Source: Antedon mediterranea
Lineage: Eukaryota > Animalia > Echinodermata
Assembly (NCBI RefSeq): GCF_964355755.1
Contig: NC_092673.1
Span: 11,752,948-11,816,947, forward strand
Direction of reading: 5' to 3'
Length of the DNA: 64,000 nt
In this document: positions 63,400 to 64,000 of the stretch, in pieces
Numbering within the stretch: position 1 is the stretch's first letter
Layout of the letters: every line of letters begins with the position of its first letter
The notes under the pieces: generated by a model
The model's input: only the letters and a program-made list of their open reading frames with translations
What the model was told of the DNA's origin: nothing
Databases searched by the model: none
Translations under genes and position numbers: made by a program

Positions 63400-64000
63400 T
63401 AATAAGGTTTTATGCATGATATGCATATAACCTAATTACTCATCATTGGTATTCTAATCTAGATAAACCTGGTATTTTGACCTTATTGATCATACTATTA
63501 TTGTACAAAAGATGATAATTATACGAATAAGAAAAGATTATCCCATGGGTGTGTGATTTTCTCACTAATAGACGGCGCGCCAAAGGGTAATTAAACAAAA
63601 TTTGCTTTCTGAATGGAAATCAACTTCATGAAGGTAGACGTTCAAAATTATGGTTAATGATTCTCTTATAGATACTGAATAAAGATGGAATTTGTTGATG
63701 ATATGACAATTTCTGAAGTTTCTAATAAAACAATGCAATACAAACATGAACCGGTTTCTATTGATAATAATATTAGATACCGGTAATAGTGAATTTTTAC
63801 AAGATGATCTTAAACGAATGGTCATCCCACGTTAAAGCTATGATCACAAAGGCCTCCCGTGCGCTTTTTATACTTATTCATCTTTCTAAATTTGGCCTTC
63901 CCAAACCTAAACTTGTGAATCAGTCTATTCTTGGATATGCCTCTCCAGTTTGGCATCCATCTTTAAATTGAACTCAAAAGCAAGCATGTAAGATCATTTT
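63400..64000 (+). mobile_element. Degenerate L2/CR1-group LINE RT fragment
   Basis: GAPKG (GVPQG-like), FKIMVND, VDDMT and WSSHVKAMITKASRALF..LGYASPVWH. Confidence 0.75.

Overview
AT-rich animal genomic DNA with GT-AG spliceosomal introns, probably from a marine invertebrate. It is not prokaryotic and has no CRISPR array. Three host genes are present. (1) One internal coding exon of folylpolyglutamate synthase (FPGS, minus strand, 322-456). (2) An intact, intronless SETD6 lysine methyltransferase (plus strand, 17895-19217). (3) A KIF14 kinesin-3 (minus strand) with 25 phase-consistent exons from 62401 down to 23131, about 1,137 aa; its 5' end including the P-loop lies beyond the window. The rest is a dense, nested transposon landscape: a 6.9-kb Sola3 element in a KIF14 intron (TTAA TSD, ~690-bp TIRs, solo LTR inside the transposase), two decayed Harbinger elements (transposase plus Myb/SANT gene), hAT-, piggyBac-, AcademH-, Kolobok-, Ginger-like, Helentron-like and Crypton-like non-autonomous elements, a DIRS tyrosine-recombinase remnant, L2/CR1-group LINE pieces, Deu/Nin-domain tRNA-SINEs, Penelope-type hammerhead remnants, a divergent 5S rRNA copy and a 23-bp minisatellite. 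I cannot support a wholly new biological system from sequence alone. The best leads are the structure-conserving 5S variant, an apparently invertible segment in a Crypton-like element, a vault/tRNA-like Pol III hairpin, the intronless SETD6 and an ORF1-only mini-LINE. All family assignments come from motif recall, not database searches.
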